Assembly (NCBI GenBank): GCA_050084985.1
Contig: JBITNC010000001.1
Location: forward strand, 29,946,001-30,010,000
Source: Nageia nagi
Taxonomy: Eukaryota > Plantae > Pinophyta
DNA: 64,000 nucleotides
Reading direction: 5' to 3'
Shown here: one piece after another, positions 1 through 13,455 of the stretch
Position numbering within the stretch: position 1 is the first letter of the stretch
Layout: each line of letters starts with the position of its first letter
Notes under the pieces: generated by a model
Database searches by the model: none
What the model was told of the DNA's origin: nothing
The model's input: only the letters and a program-made list of their open reading frames with translations
Program-made: the position numbers and the translations under genes

Positions 1-1138
1 GAAGGGAAAAAGGCTAGAGTGTAGCAGATGTGAATTTCTAGAGGAAAATAGGGAAGATACAATCAAGACAAGTAATTTGAAGGAGATTTGGGTTTCCAAG
101 TAGGTGAGAGAAAAAAATTTGGGAAATATATCAATTTTCATTGATTTGGAGGAATCCAAAGCACTTGAAAGTTTCAAAATCAAGGAACTATGCTATAGAA
201 AATAGAGCAACTTTGGGTTATAGTCTCTAAAGTCTCCTCAAATGAGTAAGAGCCAAAATTTGGGTAGGGCTAGCATAGAGTTAAAACTCTTGAACACTCA
301 AGAGTCAAATTACAGTAATTTAAAAGAGTCAAAGGGAAATATAGAAGTATGCATAGATATCCCAAAGAAATAGAGTGCAAAAATAAAAGAAAGGATACAA
401 TTATAGGTAATTACTGAAGCCTTTATCAACAAGCTAAATGTGTCTTTGAGTAAGGAACTCAAAATAAAAAAGCTCCCTAATGGTAAGGATACTAAGGTAC
501 CAAAAAATAAATTAAATATTAGTACCATGGCTGATAAGCAAGCTTCAAAGAGTTCCAAGGAAATAGAGAAAGATGAGGTGTTGGAAAAGCCTCACAAGAG
601 AGCAGGAACATAGAGTGTAGTTAAAAATAGTGAGGAGATAAACAAGATGAATGAGAAACTATGGGGTTAAGTTATAATAATAAATCCAAAAAGGTTCTAA
701 TATAAAATCTATAGTGGTTAAACCTCCCAAAGATAAGCTAATCCATAATAGAATGCTAGTGGAGGCAATGTTACTTGCTAGAGCATCTAGTTAGGTTTTT
801 GAAGAAATTGGAGATCATCCTACTTTTGAGCAAAGGATTTCCCAAGATTAGTATGTAGCCTTCTATAAAAATTACTACATAAATTAGTCCTTCCAATAGA
901 TCTACATATTTGTCTATTTCTTTTTCTCTCATATGATTTTTATTTTTCAAATGAGTTGGATGATGTTACAGCTCATAGATCTTTGACAATAGATTATGTA
1001 TGGTAGATTAAGGTTAGAATGTGCTTAATTGGCCATGCAAAAAAAATAAGTATGGCTGATATTTGAAAAGTTTAGAAGGAATTTTCAAAACTCCTACTTT
1101 TTTTATAAATACAACATTTACCCTTATTAATCAAAAAA
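1..1138 (+). mobile_element. 3' end of a non-LTR (LINE-like) insertion: decayed K/E-rich coding tail, T-rich 3' UTR and short A tail
   Basis: Purine-rich, stop-riddled coding-like sequence to ~670, then UTR ending ...ttttataaatacaacatttacccttattaatcaaaaaa (~1101-1138). This resembles the terminus of the minus-strand insertion at 34327 (ttaatacaaaattatcccattactaaaaaaa). It abuts and truncates the Gypsy RT at ~1141. Confidence 0.6.
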
Positions 1139-1140
1139 TT

Positions 1141-1800
1141 AATTTCCTCATAAAACCCTAAATACAAAGCTTAGTATAGAATTGTACTCTAGAAAATGAT
1201 CCAATAGTTTCACAATATGTATAAGTGAGACTTATGTCTCTTATATTTTACTATAAGATCATCCATGTAGTCCTCAAATATGCCATATAGATAGTCATGC
1301 AGTATATAATTCATAGCATACTAATATGTAGCACCTACATTTTTGAGACCAAAGGGCATGACCTTGTAGCAATAGGTTACCCATGGTGTAGTAAGAGTTA
1401 TTTTATGTTGGTCCTATTTGGATATCATGATTTGATTGTATCCAAAAACTCTATCCATCAAGGATAACATCTCATATCCTATTATGTTATCCACTAAGGT
1501 GTCAATATTAGAAAGAGTAAAATCATCTTTAGGGAAAGATTTATTTACATCTCTAAATTTAGTGCAAATCTAAATCCTACCATCTAGTTTTGGAACTATC
1601 ATGGGGTTGGAAACCCACTATATATAAGCTCAACTTATATTAATTTGGGATATAGAAGTTTTTTAAGTTCAACTTTTAACATCAAAGCCTTAGTTGGATG
1701 CAGTCTTCTATCATAATCAAATGATGCACCAATAAATCTATGTCTAACCCAAACATGTCTTAATAAGTGTAGGAAAAGACCTTTACCTTCTCCTTTAATT
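1141..1800 (-). pseudogene. Reverse transcriptase remnant of element E
   Basis: Manual translation KITLTTPWVTYCYKVMPFGLKNVGATY*YAMNYILHDYLYGIFEDYMDDLIVK contains the MPFGL and YxDD motifs. Confidence 0.92.
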
Positions 1801-2439
1801 GAATAGTCTACTCTTGTCTTTCCTTCTTTGGAATATTCATCCTAAATTAGACTATTTTGGATTTTTGGATCATCACTTAATTCAATGTCTATATCTTCCT
1901 TCACTAGCATGTGGGATCCATCCTACCATTGATGGTTTCAAAATGAATGATACTCATTCTCATCTTTCTCCTCTTCATAATAGTTGATATTTTAGAATTG
2001 GTTCAACAATAGAGGAACTATTCAAAATATCATTTCTAGAAGAATATTTTTCAAGTATATTATCTAGATATTGAGTTCTTTCCTTCTAATAAATTTTCTC
2101 TTGTAGCACTAAGGAAGGAATAAGGAGCTAATCTACTTTAGGTTATTTGTACACCACTACTTGATACTCTTGTTCATTCAAATAAATTAGAGATTTTTAA
2201 CTTTCATCAAGTGATTTATTTAATATTATTTTTCTTTTGACCTCCTTTTGTTCATTATTATTTTTGGACCATAAGCCAATTTTTATAATTTTAGTTCATC
2301 ATTTTAATTTTCCCTAAGAGATCATGGATCTTGGTTTATATGAAAAATTTGGGGTAGATGTGCATAAATGGAAGGATAGGGCCATAGGGTAAGTCAATGA
2401 GATTACAATGGATGAAGGGTTCTACATCCATCCATATTC

Positions 2440-2800
2440 AATGCACAACTCTATTTTATAAATAGTTCACACATCCATGTAACGTAGAAGGCACACATTC
2501 CATTTCCTTGATCCAAGGTCTACCAAGTAAAAAATTATACTATTATTCTCTCTCAATCACTTGGAAATAAGAATGATTAATCTTTGAACCAAATTCTATA
2601 GGTAAAATGATTCTTCCCAAAGTATTGCATAATTGATTATTGAAATACCTCAAGATTAGTGTTGGTGCTTGCAAATGTGAAAGAGGAAGATTCAACTTTC
2701 TTAAAGTTGTTGATGATACCATGTTAATAGATGACCTCTCATATAATAAAACTCTTTTTGAACATTTTCCCATCAAATTTAGAAAAAAATATGTAGTGGT
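2440..2800 (-). pseudogene. Retroviral-type aspartic protease remnant of element E
   Basis: ORF 2543-2776 (RVLLYERSSINMV, a decayed VLIDxGSSVN) is followed by YNFLLGRPWIKEM at ~2540-2500. Confidence 0.85.
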
Positions 2801-5800
2801 GGATCTTTGTATTTCAAATGTGTGACATCTCTTATCTCATGTTGATAAAAAGGAATACAAGGCTCCAAATTTTCTTGTACTCTCCCAATGAAATTACCAA
2901 ATGCATTTGGATTTGAAGCATATTACTCAATGATTTTTATAATCTGATCTAGTGCCTCTCTACATGGATAAGAGTTTCTAATCAAGTCCCACAATGAGAA
3001 TTCGATAGGAGTTAATCTCAATTGTTACTCAAGATTACTTTTGAGATTTTCTTATATTAAGTTGGGGGTTAGGGAAGAGGTATATAATTTTGTACATTTA
3101 GATATTCCACTCTTTAATCTTTTCCATTGATATAACCTTGTTTTGTTCCTTTTCATTCATCCTTATATTGTTGTGCTCTTATAGACACATCCATCATACC
3201 TACAAAATGGGATTGTTAAGCCTCTTATACCTATCTTTGATGTGACCCATTATCATAGTATAAATTTTATTATGGGAGAGAATCATTATAATGGCTTGTT
3301 ATCCCAAATTTATTTACATTTATTTATGGTAAAGGATTTTTAAACACTTGTAAATTTTATTTAGGATTGGCTGATGTACCATTGAAGATTATCTTCCTAC
3401 TATTTATAAAGCTTTGCATAATGTTCCTTTAATAGATACACCTATTGGTGTCATGTCATTTAATTCTATGAAGGTCACAATATTCACCATCCTTGTACCA
3501 TGAGTTTAAATCCTAACTAGGATCCCATTTAACCTTTGGTAACCTTAAGATATTTTCCTCATTTAGATTTTTGAATATTTGTGACAAAGACTCTTCTAGT
3601 TAAGTGAACTTTCATTGTTTCCTAGAATATTATCTATGATCACTATTTTGTTCATATGGTTGATTTTGCAAATTCAATTGAGGAATTGAATAAGCTTGTA
3701 ATATATTTTTGGGTGTAAATTGCAACTTTGGTTGAAACACCACTTGATTCACTTGAGTGTTTAAATTTTTATTTGAACCATTTTTATTTGAGTTATAACC
3801 TTTTTGAACTATTAATTCTTCAATAATTTTAGCTTAAGGTATCACCTCTTTAAATGTTTTGATATATTGTATTTGGATAAGAGTTGAGATTTATTTCTTA
3901 CAACTTTTTCTAAATAATATTATGAACTCCTCTTGAGGCAATGAGAAGTTCAAATTGGTGATCAAATTTCTCAATATAGATACTTAATTGAATATTGACT
4001 CTTGATCAAATTGAGATAGCTTTGTTATTGATATTGATGGAGAAATTATCTAAAATGAGATTACCAAACATTCAAAGTTATAGAGACTATGTTGTGGTAA
4101 TGAATTATACCAATTTATTGCTTTCCTTCAAGGTTCATTGGGAAGGTTATCAACATGAGTGTATCATCATTTGTAATTTGATAGAAAGTATATTTTAACT
4201 ATATTGAATTCTCTTCAAGATCCTATTTGCTTTTGAATTTATCAATTTTGGTAATTAGGTATTGTATCATGATCATAAGAGGATTAATTGGTTAATTGTA
4301 AATTTTACCATAACTGAGTTTATAAATCCCATGGTTGCTTTATTCTCTAACTCTTGTAACCTCTTCATTATTTTAACTTCATTGCTCATGAAAGGCTAAT
4401 TTTGTTATACTATTAGTTTTCTATGTTGTTCCCACTAATTATTTTGTTGACCATATGTTGCATAAGATTCAAATTGCTCAATTTGTATAGCTTATTGGCC
4501 TTGATTTTACCCATCATAAGATTGATATTGATTAGCTAGTTTGTTTATTCATTAATACTGCTTATCGCATAAAAAGGTGAGCATTAGGATCATAAGAAGC
4601 ACTTTGTTGTGCCCAAGGTTGATGTTATGCATTTTGAAAATAGGACTACTATACATTTGGTATTTGATATTCTTTTACATTTTGAGACTAAGCTTGTTGT
4701 GCATTCATAATTTTAGCTTGTACCATTTGGAAGTTTTATTACAATTATTCCATATGTTTTTACAATTTTTTACAATGCATTAATGTTGGATGGAGTTTGA
4801 GCACTTTAAAGAGGATTACCTTGAGCTTGGTTGTGGATAGATTATATACCATATTTATTTTGAGGGGAATCTTGTACTGATCCATTTTGAAACTCAAAAT
4901 GTATTAAGGCTACATATTTTAATAATTTGGAGTTTAGTTCATAAAATTATTTTGGAAAAAGTTGGGTTGATCTTGATTACTCACTTGGGTGAAAATGTTC
5001 AGATTATAACTTGGCACTAGGATTAACTTGACATCTTATCCCTTAGGGTAGGAGCACTTTTATCTTGAAATGGTGTTATTTTGAGTATTTGATTAATTTT
5101 GCATAGTCACATTTGATGCATTATAGGAATGAGATAAATTTGTTACCATTTGGAATTGGGGAGACAATTGTGGTTGAACAACAATTGTAGCTTTTGATGT
5201 TTGTATTTGATGTGGCTATTGTACTATACTTTGAGATGGTTGAGGCTCATTTTGACTATTTTAGAGCAAATTATGATTAAAATTTTCTTAATCTTGTTAA
5301 ATATTTTGTTGAAAAGATTGAAGATTAAGATTTATCTTTATGTTTTGCATCACTAATTACTCTTTGGGATGAGATCATAGTTTGAGGGGGAAACCAACCT
5401 TGGCCAATACTTTAGGAAATGAGTTGATTTATTTGAGTGAAAATGGTGGACTGATTTGTGTCCCTTTGGCTCATACAATTCATCATCTCTTGGTACCCAT
5501 TTAAATTAATTACATTTTGAAAATTAGAATGTGGTTGGAGTTTGGAGAATTATGATCCTTAATTATCACTAAATTATACCAGTTTGACCATATTGGTATA
5601 CTTACTTGTGGCCTTTTGCTTTGTGTAGGAGCTTGACTTGTGGTGCTAAAAGGACTATTGAATGGTTCAACCACCTTAGAGACATAAATTGTATTTATTC
5701 TTTGGAAGGATTGAAAATGTTGTGAAAACAAAACAGATTCATTATTTACATTAGGTGTTCCTTGTCCTTGTGTATCATTTGGACCTTATGCCTCTTTTTC

Positions 5801-7484
5801 CTTCACTTATCCTCTAGTTTCAACCATGACAATAAGAGGAATTACTTCCCAAATATTGGTATTTTTAATAGTATCATAATCCATGTAGGCACTCTAAAAC
5901 AATTCCAAGATAAAATCCAAGTAATTATAGCAAAACTCTCAAAAATGTGTAAGCAAACATACAACAAAGAACTTACGATAGATTAAATTTAGCTCTTTAT
6001 TTTTGTAATGATGTAAATTTAATCAAACATCCTTAGGATGAAATGCATAAGATATCATTCCTAAATAAATATGGTGATGGTTATAGATAACAACTTTTGA
6101 TTATTATTCTAATTACATTTTTGTTCAACTAAGACTCTTAATCATTTTAATGAGGATTGCTTTTAATGCAATAAAAATTTTGAAAAAACCTTTTTTAGTT
6201 TCCCCTAATAATGATTCTAGATAAGCATTTACAAGGTAAGTATCAATCTTATAGGGGTGTAGAATATTTTACAAGGGTTTCATAGGTATCCCCTATATGA
6301 AAATACCAAAAATAGGGAGAACCCACTTCGAAGATGAATTTGAGTATGGGTGAGGTCATGGGAAGAAGGTGAACATTACCCAATAGAGACCTAGGAGTGT
6401 TAGGTTAATTCTTTATAGTAAATGTGATAATGCAAATTTATATGATAGTGCAAAGCTAATACCTTCACCAACTACAAAGCAATCCCTCCCAAGTATGAGA
6501 ACTTGCTCTTTTTTTCTTTTGGAAATAAAACTAGTCAATGATAGCAATTTATATACATACAACAACTAACAATCAACTCATAACAAGAAGAGAAAATACC
6601 CTTTTAATTTTAAATTTTAAACCCAAATAAGAATTCTTATGTTGATGCAAAAATCCCCTTAGATGAATGCACTTTCACTAATTTTACAAGACAATCTTAG
6701 AGTGCAAGGAGAAATAAATTGTATTGACAAGGTACTTCAAAGGAATCTAACCACTTGCCTAAATAAAAATGTTTCCACCAACTCCAATGATATGTAAAGG
6801 TTTTAGCAAGGTTACAAAAACAAGTGCCACACCAAGGTAAATTTGAAATAAAATAAGAAAACTCAATACTTAAACCTAGTATGATCACAAATCCCTAGTT
6901 ATTATAAGTTTTTATGAGGCTACAAAAAGGTAACTTTGCAAGCCTAATACAAAAAATCCATTATCTTACACAAAAAAACTAGTTCTTTAGTCTAAAACAT
7001 GGTCAGGGGCATATTTGGTTGTGACATTTTTTTAGAAACTAAGGCTTTATTTTGAAAAATGATCACATTTCATCTTCTTGCCCCAAATGTGGTCATATTT
7101 TGTATGAAATATAGTCATGTTTCATACTACATATGTAGGTCAATTTCTACACTAAATGCTTCCTTTTCCAAAATGCGGCCCCATTTGGTACCAAGTGTGA
7201 GGGGTATCATATTTTGCCAAAAATGTACATGTCTATATCCCTAATTTCTAGATCTAATTTGTACCACCTACAAAGCTCCTCAAATCCAACTAGAGAATTA
7301 TATTTATGTTGGGTTTACCAATTAATATATGTCTAAAATTTCTACCCACATACACTAAACACACTCAAAGGAGTCAAAAGCATATAACAATTTCAAATGT
7401 TACATAACATATGCTTCAAACTTAGAAAGATTATCAAGAATGCATAAATTATTATTTTAGATCCTTCAAATAACCCTTGGAACC

Positions 7485-7520
7485 TATATATGTATGTATG
7501 TATGTATATATATATATATA
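7485..7520. repeat. (TATG)n/(TA)n microsatellite
   Basis: tatatatgtatgtatgtatgtatatatatatatata. Confidence 0.9.
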
Positions 7521-8119
7521 TCAGCAATAGAACCTAAATGCAGACTAACATATAGGGGGATCTCTAACTTGAGCCCCTTCAGGTACTCAAGTAATCTTGA
7601 GGTGAGTTTCCTCACTATGTGAGCCCCCTACCTCCAAATCAATGGAGAAACAGAATATAAATATGCCTATGATGCAAATGTGCATATGCCTATTTTTAAT
7701 TTCAAATAATTAAGATGATATAAAAAGAAATTTAGATAGATATAGCAAATGATAGAGCAATTTTAGTGTTCCAACCCTTAAAACTCTTTCTAAATCCTTG
7801 GTAGAATCTAGAATATTGAAATCCTTTAGATCAAGAGGATCTAAGGATACAAAATTGATTTAAATTGATTTGTGACCATAAATATATCAAACAAATGAAT
7901 AAACAATGTTACATGCACACAAGCCTAAGAATAAAGCAATACAAAATATGCATTTAATAAATAATAGACTTTTATGAAGATTATGGTTGTATCATATGAA
8001 GGTTCTCCCATCAACCATTTATCAAAATTTGAAATTTATCTATACAAAATAAATTATTACAATTAAAATTGTAAAACTAACATTATTTAAATACGTAAGC
8101 ATGAATCTAAACTAAAAAA

Positions 8120-8323
8120 TAAAATATCATGATTTGAATGCATAGAAGTAGACAATATCTCATTAAATAAACTAAAAAAACTCAAAAATGATAATATCTC
8201 ATAAAAGGTTAATATATCACCTTTTAAATTAATTTAATATAATCCACTTACAAAATTAATAACTAAATATTTGATGTTCTACAAAAGTTAACAAGATTTT
8301 TTATTACTCTTATAAGATATATT
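8120..8323. repeat. Left part of a ~215-bp tandem repeat array split by element A
   Basis: The unit (catgatttgaatgca...ttttaaattaattt...aactaaatatttgatgttctacaaaa...ttactctt) recurs at ~27425, ~27640 and ~27858. Confidence 0.8.
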
Positions 8324-9740
8324 TGTTGGCTAAGATTTGGTAATATTTCACATGCACCTATGTATCAAAGTCACAGCTATAATTTGGATGAATGATTTCT
8401 AAGACTAGAAATCTATCTCTAAAGAAGGTTGGTTCCTATTAGGATTATATTGAGATTTACAAAAGTAAAGGTGCAAAAAATAAACTTGTAGGACTAAAGC
8501 AAACTTAAAATTCTAGGTTAGTGTTTGCAAATAAGCAAAAAAATATATATTCAAACTAGCATAGGCATCCATTATAATAGAATCCAAGCTAGTCAAATCA
8601 GTCTGATTTTATAGCCACCAAATAATATATGACATTCCAAGTAATAATATTCTATAAGTTCTTTACATATATAGATTGACTACTGATAATCTCTCATATT
8701 CCATGAAGTACAAATAAATATATCACATAACTATTTAAGAACAATGATAAATAAATAATTATTAACATATCAAGAAGTAAGTTCCATTCTATTATCATTG
8801 ATGCTAGTGCAAAATAAGGAAATATCTACTATATTCAATCCCTCATCCTTCAATGGAAATAATACTTATAGTTTTTCTCTAGAAAATATCTTCTAACAAA
8901 CTCTAATAGATAAAAATGTTTGTAACTAACTAACTAGATATTTACAAAGTATTAGATTTGATTCTCTAATAGATTTACAACTCAAATTCAAATATACAAA
9001 GATTTGGATCATTCTTCCATTTGTGTTAACATCCTTTAGCTTTTTTAGAACTTAAAGACCTGAATCTACAGTTGAAATAATCTTCTTGGAATAAAATTCT
9101 ATTTTGCTAGGGTTTTGACAATATAATCAAGCATCTGAATTCAAATGGACCCATCAAAATTAGATACATAAGTAAAATGCACTATTTCAATATAAGTATC
9201 TAGATATGCTTTGATATATATAGTCAACACTTGAATCTTAAAATTGGAACACTTTAGGTGGTTGATTTTATTGTAATTCTTCATGAAATGTGATTAAACC
9301 ACCTCTAGTGGGGCTAGAACTGAAGCAAATGATTTATTTGAATTTCCCATTATTTCAATAGAATTTGGCCTACTCTGCTATATCGAATCTTCACCAAAAT
9401 CAAATGCTTTACAAAAATTAAAAAATGGATAAGTATAACAATGTCATATTTTACTACCATTCTAGCAAACTTTATTCATCTAAATACTTTCATATCTTCA
9501 TCAAAATCGAACACTATGAGAAATGCTCAAAATAAATAAGTAATAACACTATCCTATTTTGTTGTTATTTTAGTGAACTTTGTATACTCGAATACTATCA
9601 AATCTCCACAAAAATTAAACACTATGAGAAATATCTAAAATTGACTAAGTGTAAACATTCTCTTAAATAGCAAAGAATAAAAATAGATCATACCCCTTCA
9701 AAACTCTACTTATTTCTCAAAAATTATGTATGAGTATGCA
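8324..9740 (-). repeat. 3' LTR of element A
   Basis: Runs tgttggctaagatttggtaatatttcacatgc ... gtatgagtatgca (TG...CA) and is colinear with 25999-27392. Confidence 0.9.
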
Positions 9741-12700
9741 TTCTAGCAACCAACTAGTGGATTTGTGTTGTCAAATCTTGAAATCAAATAAAATTATAAA
9801 AATCTATACAAAACTTTATCAACCTGAATAGAAATATACCTCAAGTTGTTCCATAATTGGGAAAAATTGCAAGGACCTTCAACCATTTTATATCTATTGG
9901 AAGATCAACATTCTGGATGAGAAGAGCCAAACAAGCAAACTGATTAATTATTTTCAAATTGATATTTTGTTTTATCTTGGCTAGTTCTTCTACACATTTC
10001 TCTACTTTAGTCATCTCCTAAATGAGCTTTAGGAACTTGTGTTCAAAATTATCTTTCATCTAGTCTAAAAAAGTGTTATCTTACTTATGTGCTTGATCAT
10101 TGTATGCCTTCATCTCATCAAGTGTACAAATATTATTATCTTCCTTGTATAGGGTAATTATTTTATTCCTATCAAAAACATTTAAGACATTATTCAATTT
10201 ATTATTTTTTGACATTAATGACTTCATACAATTTTCGATACATAGTATCAACTTATACAAATGAGCCACTTTTTGTGTCATAGCCAAAATTTGGTCATGA
10301 GAATCATTAGGATATGTATCTCTATCCTCTTTTTGATTCATTACCTTGATAATTTCTTGATTTTCACTATTCATTTTAACAATTATGCCCTTCTTATCAA
10401 ACACAACATTGTATTTCTCTAACCGCTTATCACAATATAATACATAGAATCTAATAATGTGAAAAAAATCTAAAATAGAAACTTCCTTACCCCAATAACT
10501 CAACTAAATATTCTTGAGAGATTCAATCAATAGTCATGTTAGCATTGGTGCCTATTTTTGTTGGGCCAGATTCTATCCTTGAGTCTTCAATTTTTTTTCA
10601 AACTCTAACTTTGCCTTAGAAAAATATTTTTCTACTATATTTAAATATACATATTTCTTGGCATTAGAGTCCTAAAAAACTTTAAAATCATCATGAAGCT
10701 TATTTTTATGATATTTTAGTGCTTTATATTTAATTTCTTTACTTTTCAAAGAAGCTTTCAATGAATTGATATCTAGTTCCAGGGCCTCTATCTAATCGTA
10801 TTTCATACTAAGCTCAATTCCTTTAGCTTTGAGTTCTTCTTCCTTTTCTTCTACAACTCTAGTTAGTTTAGAAGAATTTGATGCCTCTTGCAGCTCCTAA
10901 ATTTGTTTATTTATCAGGGAAACCTATGTTAAGTGAAAATTTTCTTTTTCATCTACCATAACCTATTACTTCTCTAGCTTATCTACTTTTCACTCTAGAA
11001 GAACTACATCTGCATCCATGAGTGTCATGCCAATTTTCATAATCTTCCTCTTATCCATATAGATGATCTTATTTGACCTAATATGTAGGGAAATTCCTTG
11101 AATATATAAAGCTTATCTTGAATATTAATCAATCTATTTAGCTAAAATTTTAAGGACTTGCTTATGGATATCTATAACTGTATCTAGTTGAATATTTTCA
11201 GGGATTTTATGTTCCTTCTTCATCATTTTTCAAACCATTCTTTGTTAGATTTATCAATTTTGCTAAAATTTGTCACTTGCTAATAAGAATGTAACCTTTA
11301 TACTAAAATAGGAGGAATAATAGTTACAACATCATGATTGTCATATTTTTCACTTATCTCTTTAGTTTGGACTACTTGACATTGTATTATCTGGAGAAGG
11401 GCCATCTTGAATTTGCTATAGATTTTATTTTTCTTCTTGTATTGTTGGAGAGGTTTCCTCTTCTTTTGCTTAGGACTTACATATTTTGATGCATCTTTAG
11501 GTAAACACTTCTTTCTTTTCCTTCTTCTTTTCTTCATGATGAAAGGCTATGCAGTATCTATATCCTCTCCTTCACTATCTTCCATCTTATCAACCCTAAT
11601 AACATCTTTTGTAGGCTCATCACTTTTGATAGTAGATCCTTCTAGGATCATCTTCATATGTTTGGCCTTATTTATTTTTAACCCTTTTTTAGTATCTTAT
11701 ATGTTTTCTTGGGGTCTTTAACCTTTCTTTTCTTTACAATTCTCTTCCCAAGAGCATCCTCTTTTTCTAGCTAATTGGTTAATGCTAAATCTTTCTTTTC
11801 CTACTCTTTTCTTTGTCTATCTTCATCTTTTGCCAACTTGCTTTGCATTTTCTTCATATATTCAATGTGTTTATTAGACATAGTACTTTCTTCAATCCTA
11901 GTGTGAATGATATATTCCATCAATTTGGGTCCTCCTCCATGCTTTGAATATTTTTTCAACAATGCCTCTTCATCTAAAGTCAACTTATTCTTTTCCTTTT
12001 TAGCCTCTAAAAAATTTACTACTATTTTGGAACTTTTCTTCTTTGGATCTTTTTCCTTCTTTGATACATATTATTTATCATAGGCTTCAAAAAAACCTTA
12101 TCTTTATCACACATCCAAGGTAAAGAATTTTGCTTACTTTCAACCCTATACTATATGAAACATTTCTTCTTATGCTCTAAGAAGTCAAAATTATCTAGGC
12201 TCTTTTGCAATGGCTTTGGCAAACTCCTTTCCTTGGAAGTGGTAGTTTTAAAATCAATTATGATGATATATTTTTGCCTCCATAAGGCCAAAAATAATGC
12301 CTCCAACAAAGAGTCTAGCAAAAAGGATTCTATCTTGTGATTGTTCCAATGATTTTCAAATTTATCCATGGATACCCTAATAAAATCAAGAGCTTTAAAG
12401 TTAATAGATTTAAGAGTGAATACTTCTAATGGATCATATGGCCAAGAGATAATAATTTATGATAGATGGAATTTTTGCATCTTTAAATTTAAATAACGCT
12501 AACAATTCCCATGATGGGCTTGAATACCTTTCTTCCCCATAGAGATTCTCCACATTGTTTCTATATAATCTTCCTACCTAGTTACCTCCATGGAGAACAA
12601 CCAATTTGAAATATAAAAAGGTAATTTCATGGGCTTATTAAAAAATCCACTAAGTAATATGACTTTATAGTTATCTATGAAATAATAATCTCCCTTTTTA

Positions 12701-13455
12701 AACTAACCCATCCTTAAATTTGATAGAGTTGACTTAGATAACCTAGGCATAGTTGTGCCAGAAATGAAATTTAAAGTTGGGAAGAGGAAATATCTTATAA
12801 AATCATAGTAAGATCCACCAATACATAACACTTGGGTTCACTGATCAACTCTCTTTAAATTATTATCATATTCATTCTTCTAACTAAGCTACAAATTAGG
12901 GAGAACCTCCAGATGTTGTAGTAAAAGCCAACACAAAAGATAAGAGTAATGAAATTAGTTGAGTCTATCTTTATTTTCTAGTATGATAGTTAGTCTATCA
13001 TCTATCATCTTGAACCAATCCTAGTGATACTTACCATAATTATTTATTATCCAATATTTCATTGTGTTTTGGATAGAAAATCTAAATTTCTTCCTCCTCA
13101 TAAAGCACCATCATGATGATGAGAAAATGGGCCATGTCAAGTTTGAACCCTAAAATATAATATAAGCTTTTCTTTTTCATTATGGGGTTCAACAAATAAG
13201 AATTTACCAAATCTTTTAAATATTTATTTATATCTTTGGTAGCTACTTTTACACTAGCCCAATACAATATATTATTGGGCTTATGAAAGGCTTTATACAT
13301 GGTAAATAAACTTGTCACAACCCAAATCCACTCTAGATTTCCCTTGGTGTATTTTGATTTGGTTTATTGTGAGATAAGACAATGACTATATATTATTTAA
13401 ATAAAATGCTTGAAATGCTATTTGTTTAGGTTATGAAATCCTAGATAAGAATAAT

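Larger units (their letters stand above)
1141..5510 (-). mobile_element. Decayed Ty3/Gypsy (Tat-like) gag-pol region, element E; LTRs not resolved
   Basis: On the minus strand: gag remnants (PKIDKFKSK..., ~4260-3200), protease (~2800-2440) and RT (~1800-1141), all with stops and frameshifts. Confidence 0.85.

Noticed and set aside
5520-7990. 5' leader, PBS and LTR of element E
   Set aside because: The sequence looks LTR/leader-like, but no partner repeat, clear PBS or terminus could be identified in the window.
7998-8010. aaggttc at ~7999 and gaacctt at ~43958 as the TIR pair of the Sola-like element
   Set aside because: Only 7 bp match and there is no matching TSD, so it could be chance; the ends are left undefined.
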